From the NCBI GenBank assembly GCA_963664435.2, contig CAXXKM010000001.1, forward strand, positions 448,001 to 512,000: a stretch of DNA of 64,000 bases. Direction: 5' to 3'. This DNA is from Longimicrobiales bacterium. Lineage in GTDB: Bacteria; Gemmatimonadota; Gemmatimonadetes; Longimicrobiales; Gaopeijiaceae. Every line of letters starts with the position of its first letter. Within the stretch, counting starts at the first letter, position 1. The position numbers and the translations under genes are program-made. Below are positions 10,411-20,882 of the stretch, in pieces. Below the pieces are notes generated by a model. That model made no database searches. It was given only the letters and a program-made list of their open reading frames with translations, and was not told the DNA's origin.

Positions 10411-11226
10411 ATGAAGCACGACGACGCTGGAACAGGACGGGTACTGACGCGGCGCGAGGCCCTCGCCGCCCTTGGTGTGGGCGGTGGGGCGCTGGCCACC
10501 GGCCGGTGGGCCTTCGGGATGGGGTCGGAGGTGGCGCCGGGCGGCGAAGTCGCTCGAACGCTGCCGGCGTGTGTGGTGCGGCCCGAGCAGACCGAAGGAC
10601 CCTTCTTCGTCGACGCACAACTGGAACGCTCCGACATCCGGTCCGATCCGGAGACCGGGGCGGTAAGCGAGGGCGCGCCGCTGACGCTCAGGTTCAACGT
10701 GTCGCAGATCTCCGGCGGGGCCTGCACGGTGCTGGCCGGCGCGCTGGTCGACCTGTGGCAGTGCGACGCCGCCGGCGTGTACTGGTGCGTCGACGATGAC
10801 GGAGCCCCTGCTGGAGCGAGGGAACGGAAGTTCCTTCGGGGCTTCCAGCGCACGGACGAGCACGGCGTGGCCCGCTTCACCACGATCTTCCCGGGCTGGT
10901 ACCGCGGCCGGGCGGTTCATGTGCACTTCAAGGTGCGCACCGACGTGGCCGCGCAACCCTACGAGTTCACCTCGCAGCTCTACTTCGACGAAGCCCTCAT
11001 CGATCAGGTGCACGGTCAGGCACCCTACGCGGCGCGGGGACGGCGCCAAACGACCAACGCCGCCGACCGCACCTTCCGCAGGGGTGGCGAAAGCCTGATG
11101 GCCCGGGTGAGCGAGAGCGGTGCCGGATACGCGGCCACCTTCGACCTGGGCCTCGATCTCACCGATGCGGAGGCCGGGCGGCCCGACGGCGGCACGGACG
11201 GTCGCCGGGGCGCCAGGCGAGTCTGA
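10411..11226 (+). CDS. Intradiol ring-cleavage dioxygenase-family protein with Tat signal
   Basis: LTRREAL twin-arginine leader; EGPFF, DLWQCDAAGVY, PGWYRGRAVHVHFK iron-ligand motifs. Confidence 0.85.
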   Translation: MKHDDAGTGRVLTRREALAALGVGGGALATGRWAFGMGSEVAPGGEVARTLPACVVRPEQTEGPFFVDAQLERSDIRSDPETGAVSEGAPLTLRFNVSQISGGACTVLAGALVDLWQCDAAGVYWCVDDDGAPAGARERKFLRGFQRTDEHGVARFTTIFPGWYRGRAVHVHFKVRTDVAAQPYEFTSQLYFDEALIDQVHGQAPYAARGRRQTTNAADRTFRRGGESLMARVSESGAGYAATFDLGLDLTDAEAGRPDGGTDGRRGARRV

Positions 11227-11227
11227 G

Positions 11228-12553
11228 ATGATGCAATCAGGGCTCGGCACGGCAGGGCTCCATGTGGCGGGGCTGTTGCTGGCCGTAATGGCGTCCCTGG
11301 TCTCCTCACCGGGGAGCGCACAGGAGGAGATGCTCGACGCGGGTCCGGGGGATCCTCTCCTGCGCGTCTTCCTGGACTGCGATCGCCGGACGTGCGACTT
11401 CGATCACTTTCGCCGGGAGGTCTCGTTCGTGAACTACGTCCGGGACCGGACGGACGCGGAACTCCACGTGCTGGTGACGTCGCAGGAGACCGCGGCCGGG
11501 GGTGAAGCGTACGAGATGTTCTTCATGGGGCTCGAGGAACGGGCCGCGCAGCAGGACACGCTCCGCTTCGTCTCGCAGGAGAGTGATTCGGACGAGGAGG
11601 AGCGGGCGGGTCTGACCCAGATCTTCAAGCTGGGGCTCGTCCGGTACGCGGCGCCCACCTCCGCCGGTCCCCTGCTCGACATTCGCTATTCCGCGCCCAC
11701 TCAGGCGCAGCAGCAGGCCAGCACCGAGACCGATCCATGGAACCTGTGGGTGTTCAGCGTTCGCGCCGGCGCCGAACTCGACGGAGAGAGCCGCCAGAGT
11801 TCACAGGCTTTCGACGGGTCGTTCTCGGCAAGCCGCACGACCGAAGACCTGAAGATCGACATCAGCTCGTTCGGCCAGTTCGAGGAGGAGGAGTTCGAGC
11901 TGAGCGACGGCGAGGTGCTGGTGAGCACGTCGCGCAACATCAACCACGAGGGGCTCATCGTGTGGAGCCTCGGGCCGCACTGGTCCGCCGGCGTGCGCGC
12001 CTCCGCCCTCACGTCTACGAGGGTCAACCAGGACCTGACCATCCGGGCGGCCCCGGCGCTGCAGTACAGCGTTTTCCCCTACGCGGAGTCGACGAGAAGG
12101 CAGATCACGTTCCTGTACTCGCTCGGGCTCGCGTCCTTCGACTACGAGGAGGTGACGCTCTTCGACAAGTTGGAGGAGACCCACGCGGAGCAGCGCATGG
12201 AGGTTGCGGCCGAGTTTCAGCAGCCGTGGGGAGAGATCAACAGCGGGCTCGAGGCCTCCATGTTCGTGCGGGACCCGTCCCTCCACCGGATCGACCTGTC
12301 CGCGCGGGTGGAGTATCGGATCATTAGAGGTCTGAACCTCGACCTGGAGGGGAGCGTGGCCCGGGTCAAGGACCAGATCTACGTGAGCCGCGAGGACACT
12401 CCCGATGAGGAAATCCTGCTTGAGCGCCGCCAGCTGGGAACCAGTTTCGAGTACGAGCTGGAACTTGGGTTCAGCTTCACGTTCGGTTCGGTCTTCAACA
12501 ACGTGGTCAACCCGCGGATGGGATCGAACCGGGGACGCAGATTCTTCAACTAG
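11228..12553 (+). CDS. Putative outer-membrane beta-barrel protein
   Basis: Signal peptide, N-terminal VFLDC...C domain, alternating beta-strand pattern, C-terminal FTFGSVFNNVVNPR. Confidence 0.65.
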   Translation: MMQSGLGTAGLHVAGLLLAVMASLVSSPGSAQEEMLDAGPGDPLLRVFLDCDRRTCDFDHFRREVSFVNYVRDRTDAELHVLVTSQETAAGGEAYEMFFMGLEERAAQQDTLRFVSQESDSDEEERAGLTQIFKLGLVRYAAPTSAGPLLDIRYSAPTQAQQQASTETDPWNLWVFSVRAGAELDGESRQSSQAFDGSFSASRTTEDLKIDISSFGQFEEEEFELSDGEVLVSTSRNINHEGLIVWSLGPHWSAGVRASALTSTRVNQDLTIRAAPALQYSVFPYAESTRRQITFLYSLGLASFDYEEVTLFDKLEETHAEQRMEVAAEFQQPWGEINSGLEASMFVRDPSLHRIDLSARVEYRIIRGLNLDLEGSVARVKDQIYVSREDTPDEEILLERRQLGTSFEYELELGFSFTFGSVFNNVVNPRMGSNRGRRFFN

Positions 12554-12580
12554 GCGCGACCGCGCTACCGCAGCGCCCGG

Positions 12581-13996
12581 CTACCGCAGCACCGGCCTCC
12601 CCGCCCGCACTCCCAGGTACTCGCCGCCCTCGATGGTGAGCACGCCGTTGACGAACACGTACTCGATTCCGCCGGAGGGAACCGCCGCGTTGGTGTAGTC
12701 CCCGCGGTCGATGACCGTCCCGGGATCGAACACGGTGATGTCGGCGTCGGCTCCCACCCGGATGCGTCCCTTGTTCGCCATCATGGGCACGTAGCTCTCG
12801 AGGCGCCGCGCCGGCTCGATGGTCATCTTGCGGAGCGCCTCCATCAGGGTCAGGACGCCGTCCTCGCGCACGTACTTGCCGAGGACCTTCGAGAACGATC
12901 CGGTCGAGCGCGGATGGCTCACCTGCGCGCCGCCGTCGCTCGCCACCATGGTCAGCGGACTCGCCACCGCGGTGAGCGTCATCTCCTCCGTTCGCACGTG
13001 GCTGATCACGCTGCCCCCCTGCTCCCGGTAGCGGCCGAAGCTCTCCCGCGTCAGCCGCTCGCCGGTGGCGCCCCACTGGAACACGCCGAAGCGCTCGTCC
13101 TCCCATTCGTCCCAGTCGTCGTAGAGCGCGGACTCGATGCGGCTCTGGCTGGCGCCGTAGGGATAGGCCTCGGTGGTCACGTCCCGCCCGGCGTCGACGG
13201 CCTCCTGCACCACCGCGAGGAACTCGGCGGTGCGGGCGCCACCGGTCGAGTTGGCGTGCACCAGGTGGAGCGGCGCGCTGGCCTGTGCCGCCAGGTCGAT
13301 GGCGTAGTGGGCGCCGTCGGGGCCTCCGTGGGTGTGCACGTGCGCCGACGCGCCCGCCTCGCCCGCGACGGACATCGCGGCGAGGAGTTCCTCGTCGGTG
13401 GCGGCCGGCGTGTAGGGAAAGCCGAACCCCACCGCGGGCGCCCCCTGGTCCAGCCCTTCGCGGATGCGGCGCGCGATCTCCTCGACCTGCCCGGGCGTGG
13501 CCGGATCGTCCTTGCCGGCATCCGCGGGCAGGAAGTCGCCCGTGTCGCCCATCACGCGCATGCGCACGGGAATGTGGCCGATGCTCGCGCCGTAGTTGAC
13601 GGGCTGGCCGCCCTCGCGTTCGGCGTAGAACGCCGCGACGTCCCCCGTGCCGACCTCCAGCTCCAGACCGGTGGTCACCCCGTCGTGGGCCATGAAGCGG
13701 TAGGTCTCGTCGGTCTGGCCGTGCTGGTGCAGGTCGACGAAGCCGGGCGCGACCACCAGGCCCGATGCGTCGATGACGCGGGTGCCGGTGAGCGGCTCCT
13801 CCGATATCGCCTCGATGCGGTCGCCCGTGATTCCCACGTGGAGCGTCGCGTCGGTGCCCGATTCCGGATCCATGACCCGGCCGCCGGCGAGCACGACGTC
13901 GTAGGAGGGCATGGCATCCGCGCATGCGCCCGCCCCCAGGGCCGCTGCGAGTGACACCGCCAGCATCTTCCCGAACCTTTCTCTCGTTGCGCGCAT
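12581..13996 (-). CDS. Amidohydrolase, N-acyl-D-amino-acid deacylase-like lipoprotein
   Basis: APGFVDLHQH, TTEAYPY, ASDG, HPRSTG, KGRIRVGADADITVFDP; lipobox AGAC; GGAGGAG RBS. Confidence 0.85.
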   Translation of the reverse strand: MRATRERFGKMLAVSLAAALGAGACADAMPSYDVVLAGGRVMDPESGTDATLHVGITGDRIEAISEEPLTGTRVIDASGLVVAPGFVDLHQHGQTDETYRFMAHDGVTTGLELEVGTGDVAAFYAEREGGQPVNYGASIGHIPVRMRVMGDTGDFLPADAGKDDPATPGQVEEIARRIREGLDQGAPAVGFGFPYTPAATDEELLAAMSVAGEAGASAHVHTHGGPDGAHYAIDLAAQASAPLHLVHANSTGGARTAEFLAVVQEAVDAGRDVTTEAYPYGASQSRIESALYDDWDEWEDERFGVFQWGATGERLTRESFGRYREQGGSVISHVRTEEMTLTAVASPLTMVASDGGAQVSHPRSTGSFSKVLGKYVREDGVLTLMEALRKMTIEPARRLESYVPMMANKGRIRVGADADITVFDPGTVIDRGDYTNAAVPSGGIEYVFVNGVLTIEGGEYLGVRAGRPVLR

Positions 13997-14210
13997 CTCT
14001 GGTGCTCCTCCGCCGGTTTCGTCGACATAGGGGTGGATTACACCCAACCGTTCCCTCGGAACATACGGAGAGTACCCGGCAGAGGCAGGCTCGGCGGGCC
14101 GCAGGGCAGGGATTCGGCGTACCGGCCGCGAGCGACGGACTTTGACGAAGCGGATGCGTCGGAAGCACTATTCCGGGTCCGATTGCGCGTCCAGCCGGAA
14201 GGAGTCCGTC

Positions 14211-15875
14211 ATGACAATCCAGTCTTCCCTTCCCTCCCTTGCATCGCTGCTGCTCCTCGTCGGCGTCGCGGGCGCATGTTCGCAGCCGCCTTCGGAAGCG
14301 GACGCGCGCGTGGACGAGATCTTCGCCCAGTGGGACTCATCCGGGAGCCCGGGATGCGCCCTGTCCGTGTCCCGGGCGGGCAGCCCACTGCTCTCGCGGG
14401 CATGGGGCATGGCGGACCTCGAGCACGGCATCCCCAACACTCCGTCGACCATCTTCGAGGGGGGATCGCTGGCGAAGCAGTTCACCTCGGCGGCGGTGGT
14501 CCTGCTGGCGCTCGACGGCAAGCTGTCCCTCGACGACGACGTGCGCACGTACATCCCGGAGGTGCGCGACTACGGCAAACCGGTCACCCTGCGCCGCCTC
14601 ATGACCCACACGAGCGGCATGCGCGACTGGGGCTCCGTCGCGTCGATCTCCGGCTGGGGACGCGGTGCACGCTCGCATCGGCACGCGCACGTGCTCGACA
14701 TCGTGAGCCGCCAGAGCGCGCTCAACTTCGAGCCCGGCCATGAGTACTCGTACAGCAACACCGGTTACAACCTGCTCGCGGTGGTCGTGGACCGGGTGAG
14801 CGGGATGCCCTTCGCGCAGTTTTCCCGCGAGCGCATCTTCGAGCCCCTGGGGATGAGCGATACGCAGTGGCGCGACGACTACAGGCGCCTAGTTCCGCGG
14901 CGCAGCACGGCCTACTCCGCGTCCGACGACGGCTTCCTCATCAACCGGCCCATCGAGTACGTGCACGGGAACGGGGGCATCCTGAGCACGGTGGGCGACC
15001 TGCAAATCTGGAACGCCGCGCTCACCGACGGTCGCCTGGGCGGCGGGGAGTTCGTGGGCATGATGCATGACCGGGCCACCCTCAACGACGGGCGTCGGAT
15101 CTCGTACGCCGGCGGCCTCCAGCTGCGCGACTTCGCGGGCGTCCCCTCGATCACCCACACCGGATCGACCGCCGGCTACAGGGGCTTCATCGGCCGGTAT
15201 CCCGACCAGCAGCTCTCGATCGCGATTCTGTGCAACGTGGGCAACGCCAACCCCGGGGCGCTGGGCGGACAGGTGGCGCGCGTGTTCCTGGGCGATGCGG
15301 CCTCTCCCGACCCGGAACCGGGCGATGGGATGTCGCTTTCGGCCGGGGAGCTGGAGGCGAAGGCCGGGCTCTACCGCGAAGTGGACACCGGCGATCCGCT
15401 GCGCATTGCGCTGGAGGACGGCGCGTTGCGGGTCGGGAGCCAGCCGCTGGTCGCCCACTCGGCGAGCGAGTTCCAGGTGGGGGCGAGCGAGCGCCGTCTG
15501 GTCTTCGGTGCCGCAACGGACGGTGGGCGCCCCACCATCGACGAGTACACCGGGGAGTACTACGACAACACCTACGAGCCGGTTGAGCAGTTCGCACCCG
15601 CCCCCGGGCAGCTCGATGCGTATACGGGTACATTCCACAGCGACGATGCCGAGACCACCCTGGTGGTGGCGGTGGAGGAGGGTCGCCTGGTGGCGAAGCG
15701 GAGGCCCGACGCCCGCTTCGAACTGGAGCCCGTCTACGAGCACGCCTTCAACGCGGGCGGCCTCGGGCGGCTCCGCTTCGATTTGGGCGCGGACGGACGC
15801 GCGACCGCGTTCGGAATGCGCCAGGGACGCGTCTACGACATGCGATTCCAGCGAGTCGCCGACTCGGGAGAATGA
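14211..15875 (+). CDS. Serine hydrolase (beta-lactamase/D-aminopeptidase family) lipoprotein
   Basis: SLAK (SxxK), LMTHTSG, YSN, HTG motifs; lipobox AGAC. Confidence 0.88.
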   Translation: MTIQSSLPSLASLLLLVGVAGACSQPPSEADARVDEIFAQWDSSGSPGCALSVSRAGSPLLSRAWGMADLEHGIPNTPSTIFEGGSLAKQFTSAAVVLLALDGKLSLDDDVRTYIPEVRDYGKPVTLRRLMTHTSGMRDWGSVASISGWGRGARSHRHAHVLDIVSRQSALNFEPGHEYSYSNTGYNLLAVVVDRVSGMPFAQFSRERIFEPLGMSDTQWRDDYRRLVPRRSTAYSASDDGFLINRPIEYVHGNGGILSTVGDLQIWNAALTDGRLGGGEFVGMMHDRATLNDGRRISYAGGLQLRDFAGVPSITHTGSTAGYRGFIGRYPDQQLSIAILCNVGNANPGALGGQVARVFLGDAASPDPEPGDGMSLSAGELEAKAGLYREVDTGDPLRIALEDGALRVGSQPLVAHSASEFQVGASERRLVFGAATDGGRPTIDEYTGEYYDNTYEPVEQFAPAPGQLDAYTGTFHSDDAETTLVVAVEEGRLVAKRRPDARFELEPVYEHAFNAGGLGRLRFDLGADGRATAFGMRQGRVYDMRFQRVADSGE

Positions 15876-16471
15876 AGATGAAGAGGAGCACGATGACATC
15901 CGGTGGCTCACCAGTGCACGGTGGCCATTCCGCAGGCATGCGCGCATCCGTGCGCCCCGGCGGGATCGGCACCGGCCACCAGGAACGAAGGCCCGAGGTC
16001 GTGCCCGCCGCCGCCGGTCCCGGCGAGGAGGTGACCGTGTCCATGGACCGGCTTCCCTACGCCGCCGTCTACATCGGCTTCGGCGCGCTGGGCGGCAACC
16101 ACCAGCTGCTTACGCAGGCCGAGACGGACGCGGACGGGATGCTCTCGGCAACCGTGAGCCTGCCGGCGTGGGCCACCGCCGACCTGAAGCACTTCTTCTT
16201 CCTGGCCGGCTTCGACCAGCGGCCGTTCGTGACTTCTCACGAATTCCACGTCACGGACGAGGACGGCGAGTTCCGGGTGGAGGGCGAGATCACCGATGAA
16301 GGGCTGGCGTGTCCCTCCATGCGCAACGGCGACGATCGCCTGTACACTCTGGAGGGGAACACCGAAGGGATTGCGCCCGGCGATCGGGTGGTGTTGCAGG
16401 CGACCCTTTCCGCGGCGCCGGCGTGCGCGGAGGGCGTGGCGATCGAGGTACGCGATGTGCGGGTGCGATAG
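15872..16471 (+). CDS. Hypothetical protein (Ig-like region plus C-terminal small beta domain with two Cys)
   Basis: Start overlaps the previous stop (ATGA); GC3-rich codons; N-terminus atypical. Confidence 0.55.
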   Translation: MKMKRSTMTSGGSPVHGGHSAGMRASVRPGGIGTGHQERRPEVVPAAAGPGEEVTVSMDRLPYAAVYIGFGALGGNHQLLTQAETDADGMLSATVSLPAWATADLKHFFFLAGFDQRPFVTSHEFHVTDEDGEFRVEGEITDEGLACPSMRNGDDRLYTLEGNTEGIAPGDRVVLQATLSAAPACAEGVAIEVRDVRVR

Positions 16472-18098
16472 GCGGCCCGTCGGGCGCGGGCGGCTCGAGG
16501 CGACGACAGGCGCCTGGCTGCCGTTCATCGGGCTCCTGCTCCTCCTGGCCGGGTGCGCGGCACCGGCCCCCGAAGCCGTACAGGAGGCAGCCCCCGACAT
16601 CGACCTGGTCGAGCTCACGGCCGGGCAGATCCAGACCGACTACGCGGAGGGCCGCTACACCGCCGTTCAGCTCACGCAGGCCTCCCTCGATCGCATCGAG
16701 CACTTCGAAGGCCTGTACAACGCGTTCATCTCCATGAACCCGGACGCCCTTTCCACCGCCGCCGCTCTCGACCGTGAGTACGCCTCCACGGGCCCGCGCG
16801 GCCCGCTGCACGGGGTGCCGGTGGTCATCAAGGACAACATCGACTACGCCGGTCAGGTCACCACGGCCGGCTATGACGGCTTCAGCGCCGCGGCCGGGGG
16901 CGTTGACATGATCCCCGACGACGATGCCGCCGTCGTGACCCGTCTGCGCGAAGCGGGCGCCATCATCCTGGGAAAAACCAACCTGCCTGACTTCGCCGGA
17001 CACGGCACCCGCACCGAGAGCTCGGTGGCCGGGGTTACCCTGAACGCATACGACGTCACCCGCGTGCCCGGGGGATCGAGCGGCGGAACCGCCACGGCCG
17101 TCAACGCCAGCTTCGCCGTGCTGGGACTGGGCACCGAGACGGGCGGGTCGATCCAGAACCCGGCGGCGGCGCAGGCGCTGGTGGGAGTGAAGCCCACCTA
17201 CGGGCTGGTGCCGCTCGAGGGGGTGGTGCCGCTGAACGGCAGCTACGCCGACGTGGTCGGGCCGATGGCCAGAACCGTGCGGGACGCCGCCGCCGCGCTG
17301 GACGTGCTCGCGGGGCCCACCCCGGAGGACCTGGCCACCTACGCCGCGGCCGGCCACATGCCGGAGGACGGCTACGCCGCCGCCCTCGACCCTGCCGCCC
17401 TGGCCGGCGCACGTTTCGGCCTTGTGGGCGAGGGGTGGCGCGACACCTGGCTCCCGCTCGCCGAGGAAACCGAGGCGATGTACCGGGAAGCGATCGCCGC
17501 CATCGAAGAACGAGGGGCCGCGACCGTGGAGGATCCGTTCGCCGGCACCGGCTTCGTCGAACTCTACGCGGAGCGCCCGCGCGTCCCCTCCGCCTCCGCC
17601 TACGACATGCTCAACTACTTCCTGGGGCTCGGTCCCGGGGCCGCCTTCCACAGCGTGGAGGAGTGGGAGGCCCTGTCCGGCAGGTCATTCCGCGACCGCG
17701 ACGACAGCGAGCGTCCGCCTCCCGCGCGTCCCAGCGCCACCGAGGCGGGCGATGCCTTCCAGGGCTGGCGCGCGGACATCCGCGCCCTCTTCCGAAGCGT
17801 GCTGGAGGAGAATGACCTCGACGGCCTGTTCTTCCCCCAGGCCGGCGCGCCCATCGGCGATCTCGTCGAAGACCCGGAGCGCCCCGACTTCAACCCCAAC
17901 AATCATCCCGAACTTCCCAGCAATGTCATCAACGACATTGGACTTCCTGTCGTGACCGTGCCGTTCGGCTACTATCCGGACGGAACGCCCTTCGTGCTCG
18001 CCTTCATCGGAGACCTTTGGACGGAGGCCGAGCTCCTCGCGTACGCGTATGATCTGGAGCAGGCCACGAAGGCGAGGACCCCACCCCAACTGAGGTAG
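16455..18098 (+). CDS. Amidase signature-family lipoprotein
   Basis: GPLHGVPVVIKDN, GKTNL, PGGSSGG, GTETGGSIQNP; lipobox LAGC; start uncertain. Confidence 0.88.
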   Translation: MCGCDRRPVGRGRLEATTGAWLPFIGLLLLLAGCAAPAPEAVQEAAPDIDLVELTAGQIQTDYAEGRYTAVQLTQASLDRIEHFEGLYNAFISMNPDALSTAAALDREYASTGPRGPLHGVPVVIKDNIDYAGQVTTAGYDGFSAAAGGVDMIPDDDAAVVTRLREAGAIILGKTNLPDFAGHGTRTESSVAGVTLNAYDVTRVPGGSSGGTATAVNASFAVLGLGTETGGSIQNPAAAQALVGVKPTYGLVPLEGVVPLNGSYADVVGPMARTVRDAAAALDVLAGPTPEDLATYAAAGHMPEDGYAAALDPAALAGARFGLVGEGWRDTWLPLAEETEAMYREAIAAIEERGAATVEDPFAGTGFVELYAERPRVPSASAYDMLNYFLGLGPGAAFHSVEEWEALSGRSFRDRDDSERPPPARPSATEAGDAFQGWRADIRALFRSVLEENDLDGLFFPQAGAPIGDLVEDPERPDFNPNNHPELPSNVINDIGLPVVTVPFGYYPDGTPFVLAFIGDLWTEAELLAYAYDLEQATKARTPPQLR

Positions 18099-18105
18099 AC
18101 GACAC

Positions 18106-18303
18106 ATGGCGGCGTACACTTGCGAAGCATGCGGCATGAGCATCGGCACCATGACCTGCGGCCAGTGCAGCCAGGAGCTCGAGCACGGCAGCCTCGACCG
18201 CGACGACGGCTCCTCGGTGCACGTCTCCAAGTGTCCCGACGGGCACGGCATGGTGAAGTCGCCGATGTGCTGCGGCCAGGACATGGCCTGTCAGACCGGC
18301 TGA
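18106..18303 (+). CDS. Small Cys-rich metal-binding protein
   Basis: 65 aa with CxxC, CxxC, CxxxH and CCGQDM motifs; GAGG RBS. Confidence 0.75.
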   Translation: MAAYTCEACGMSIGTMTCGQCSQELEHGSLDRDDGSSVHVSKCPDGHGMVKSPMCCGQDMACQTG

Positions 18304-18330
18304 GCCCAGCCCACATTCCAGCCATCGACC

Positions 18331-18366
18331 CCGGGGGGCATTCGCGAGGAAGCGCGTGTCCCCCGG
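18331..18366. terminator. GC-rich hairpin between convergent genes
   Basis: CCGGGGGGCA...TGTCCCCCGG stem; no U-tract. Confidence 0.35.
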
Positions 18367-18374
18367 AGCCCCCG

Positions 18375-20882
18375 CTACAGTATCGACTCCCTTAGCCCGC
18401 GCTCCGAGACGAAATCCCGATAGCGGGAGAATGCGGCGTCGACCTTCTCGCGCGTGAGACCGAAGTCGGTCAGATCGTACCTGTGTCGCTTTTCTCTTCC
18501 TCTCCGCGCGGCCTGAACCTCGAGCCAGTGGTCCATGACGGCGACGGCCCCCGGTTCCAGCGACCACCCGAATCGCTCGTAGATGTGAGCCACAATGGCC
18601 ATCGGGTCCTGCACCAGGTCGTAGAAGCTGATGTCGACCCATCGGTCTTCCAGTTCGGGATGGCGGGTGCGGAAGTCCATCCCGCGGTCGAGCATGCGAC
18701 TCATGAACTCGAGCTGTTCCGCCCCGAGATCGTCGGGCGGACGGGGGTTGCAGGAGAGATTGCGGACCCGGTCGACGAGACTATTCCAGGATGCCATGAA
18801 CTCGGCGGGTTCGCGATGGGTCTGAATGAACAGGGCATCGGGGTACGTCGCGATCAGCACTTCCAGTTCGAAGAGGTGGAAGGGCGTCTTCAGCACCCAC
18901 TGCCCCCCGCCGCGGCTTCGCCGCTGCCGCCGCTGACGCGTGTAGTTCTGCATCGCGCGGCGGTGAAGGGCGTAGCTCTCCGACATGTCCCTGCCGGCAA
19001 GCCAGCGGGCGAAGTCCGGGGTGTGGAACCAAACGGTTGCGCCCCAGGCCAGGAACCCCATCCTGAGGAGTCCGAGGTCCTCCTCCGGTTCGTTCACGTC
19101 GAAGTGATGCACCCCCTTGAACATGTCGAGGATCCCCGACGCGTTCAGGAGTTCCTCCGCGAAGGCCCGCCGCGGATCGTCCGCCGAGCCGGCTAACGTG
19201 GCGTAGTCGCCGCCCGCCAGGACCGGCTCGACGTACTCGAAGCCGCGCAGCGTCCAGAACCTCGGGTCGCGAGACATCAGGCGGTGCAGGAAGGTCGTGC
19301 CGGTCCGGTTGATCCCGACGATGAAGACCGGCTGCTTGACGTCCTGTTCCGCGATCTCCGGGTAGCGTCGGTACTCGGCTTCCAGGGACGCGTTGTTGCG
19401 CAACCGGCGGGTGAGATCGAAGGCGACGTAGTCGTATCTCTCGGTCCGGGCCCCGGTCTCCGGGGCGGTCACGGCCTGCACGAGCCGCTTGAGTCCCTCA
19501 AGCTTCCAGGCCGGGAACGCCACGTCGAAGGGGACATCGTATTCGCGCGCGAACGATTCGGCTCGACGCACGAGGTGGTCGTAGTCGAGGCGGCCCTCGG
19601 GTATGCGGTAGGGCCATCGCTCTCGATGGGCCCGCAACCAGTCCAGGGAGCGCCGGAGCATGGCGTACGCGCTCGGCCACGGAATCGGGTCCGGACAATC
19701 GGCCCGCAAGGCGCGGCTGCAGACGCGATGGGACGGAGCGGTCGCGTCCCCGCTGAACCAGTAGGGCGCACCGTGATCGATCAGGTTCCAGAATCCGTGG
19801 AGCGGTGACCGCTCTCCCCGGGACAGACAGGCCCGCTTGAACGCTTTGTAGGAGACGGTCTTGTAGTACAGTCCGAAGTCGGCAAGCTCCATCTCGGGTC
19901 CCAGGGGCGGGTCTTCGGCGTAGTGATAGATCGTGAAGCGCCGGTCGGGATTCAGCGAGATGGCCGCCATGGTGTCGGCAACGACATCGGCCGCCGCCTG
20001 GCTCCACTGCAACGTGAACCCCTCCGGCATCCGTGCCGCATCCACTACTGCGGCCACCGTTCGCACCGCGACATCGTCGGCATTGCCGAAACCGGTGCTG
20101 GCGACGTTCGCGTGCGGCAGGCGGAACAGAGCTACCGGCACCCCGGCCCGGGTCGCATGAAGCAGGGCCTGCTCGACCACCACCTTGGTCCACGGATACC
20201 CGAGCAGGCCGAGGGGAAAGGCGCGCTTCATGCTCGCGATGTCCGGCTGCATCTGGTGCGTGATGCGGCCGCCGGAATACTCGTTCGCGAAACCGCAGAA
20301 GTACTCGGGGAAAACCCCCATGGTCGACGCGAAGAAGATGTGTTTCAGGCGCGTGGTCAGGCACAGGTCGAGCACGGGACGGATGCTGAACACGTTGGTC
20401 CTGCGCAGAGCGACGTAGGGAGTCGCCACGCTCAGGCTCGCGGCGAGGTGGTGCACGGCGTCGATCCGCTGGCAGAGATCCGCGAATCGGGGCGGCTCCA
20501 GCCCGAAACGCGACAGATGGATATCTCCCGCCAGCGCGCGGATGCGGGGCGAGAGCTCGTCGTCCTGGATCTCCGCCTCTTCCAGGGCGGCCTGGATGCG
20601 AGCCATTGCGTGGTCGTCATCGTCCGCGCGCACAATGCAGGTCACCGTCAGGTTCGGGCGCCGGCGCAGGAGGTCTCTCAGCAGGAAACGTCCGAGGAAG
20701 CCGGTTGCGCCCGTGAGCAGGACCTCGCGGAATACCGCGGGATCAACCGGGGCGCTTGCCGGGGAACGACCGACAGTCTGGTCGATGAATCGCCTGATCG
20801 AATCGAGATCGTGCCGGCATTGTGGCGGCAGGGTTCCCGTGAGCGGGGGGACCTCGCGGCGCAGAGGGACCGATTCAGGCAC
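18375..20882 (-). CDS. swfB: Thioester reductase (R) - sulfotransferase fusion, SwfB-like
   Basis: VLLTGATGFLG and GYPWTK (YxxxK) reductase motifs; IVGINRTGTTFLH PAPS-binding loop, WVLKTPFHL; GTG start overlaps the upstream stop. Confidence 0.8.
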   Translation of the reverse strand: MPESVPLRREVPPLTGTLPPQCRHDLDSIRRFIDQTVGRSPASAPVDPAVFREVLLTGATGFLGRFLLRDLLRRRPNLTVTCIVRADDDDHAMARIQAALEEAEIQDDELSPRIRALAGDIHLSRFGLEPPRFADLCQRIDAVHHLAASLSVATPYVALRRTNVFSIRPVLDLCLTTRLKHIFFASTMGVFPEYFCGFANEYSGGRITHQMQPDIASMKRAFPLGLLGYPWTKVVVEQALLHATRAGVPVALFRLPHANVASTGFGNADDVAVRTVAAVVDAARMPEGFTLQWSQAAADVVADTMAAISLNPDRRFTIYHYAEDPPLGPEMELADFGLYYKTVSYKAFKRACLSRGERSPLHGFWNLIDHGAPYWFSGDATAPSHRVCSRALRADCPDPIPWPSAYAMLRRSLDWLRAHRERWPYRIPEGRLDYDHLVRRAESFAREYDVPFDVAFPAWKLEGLKRLVQAVTAPETGARTERYDYVAFDLTRRLRNNASLEAEYRRYPEIAEQDVKQPVFIVGINRTGTTFLHRLMSRDPRFWTLRGFEYVEPVLAGGDYATLAGSADDPRRAFAEELLNASGILDMFKGVHHFDVNEPEEDLGLLRMGFLAWGATVWFHTPDFARWLAGRDMSESYALHRRAMQNYTRQRRQRRSRGGGQWVLKTPFHLFELEVLIATYPDALFIQTHREPAEFMASWNSLVDRVRNLSCNPRPPDDLGAEQLEFMSRMLDRGMDFRTRHPELEDRWVDISFYDLVQDPMAIVAHIYERFGWSLEPGAVAVMDHWLEVQAARRGREKRHRYDLTDFGLTREKVDAAFSRYRDFVSERGLRESIL

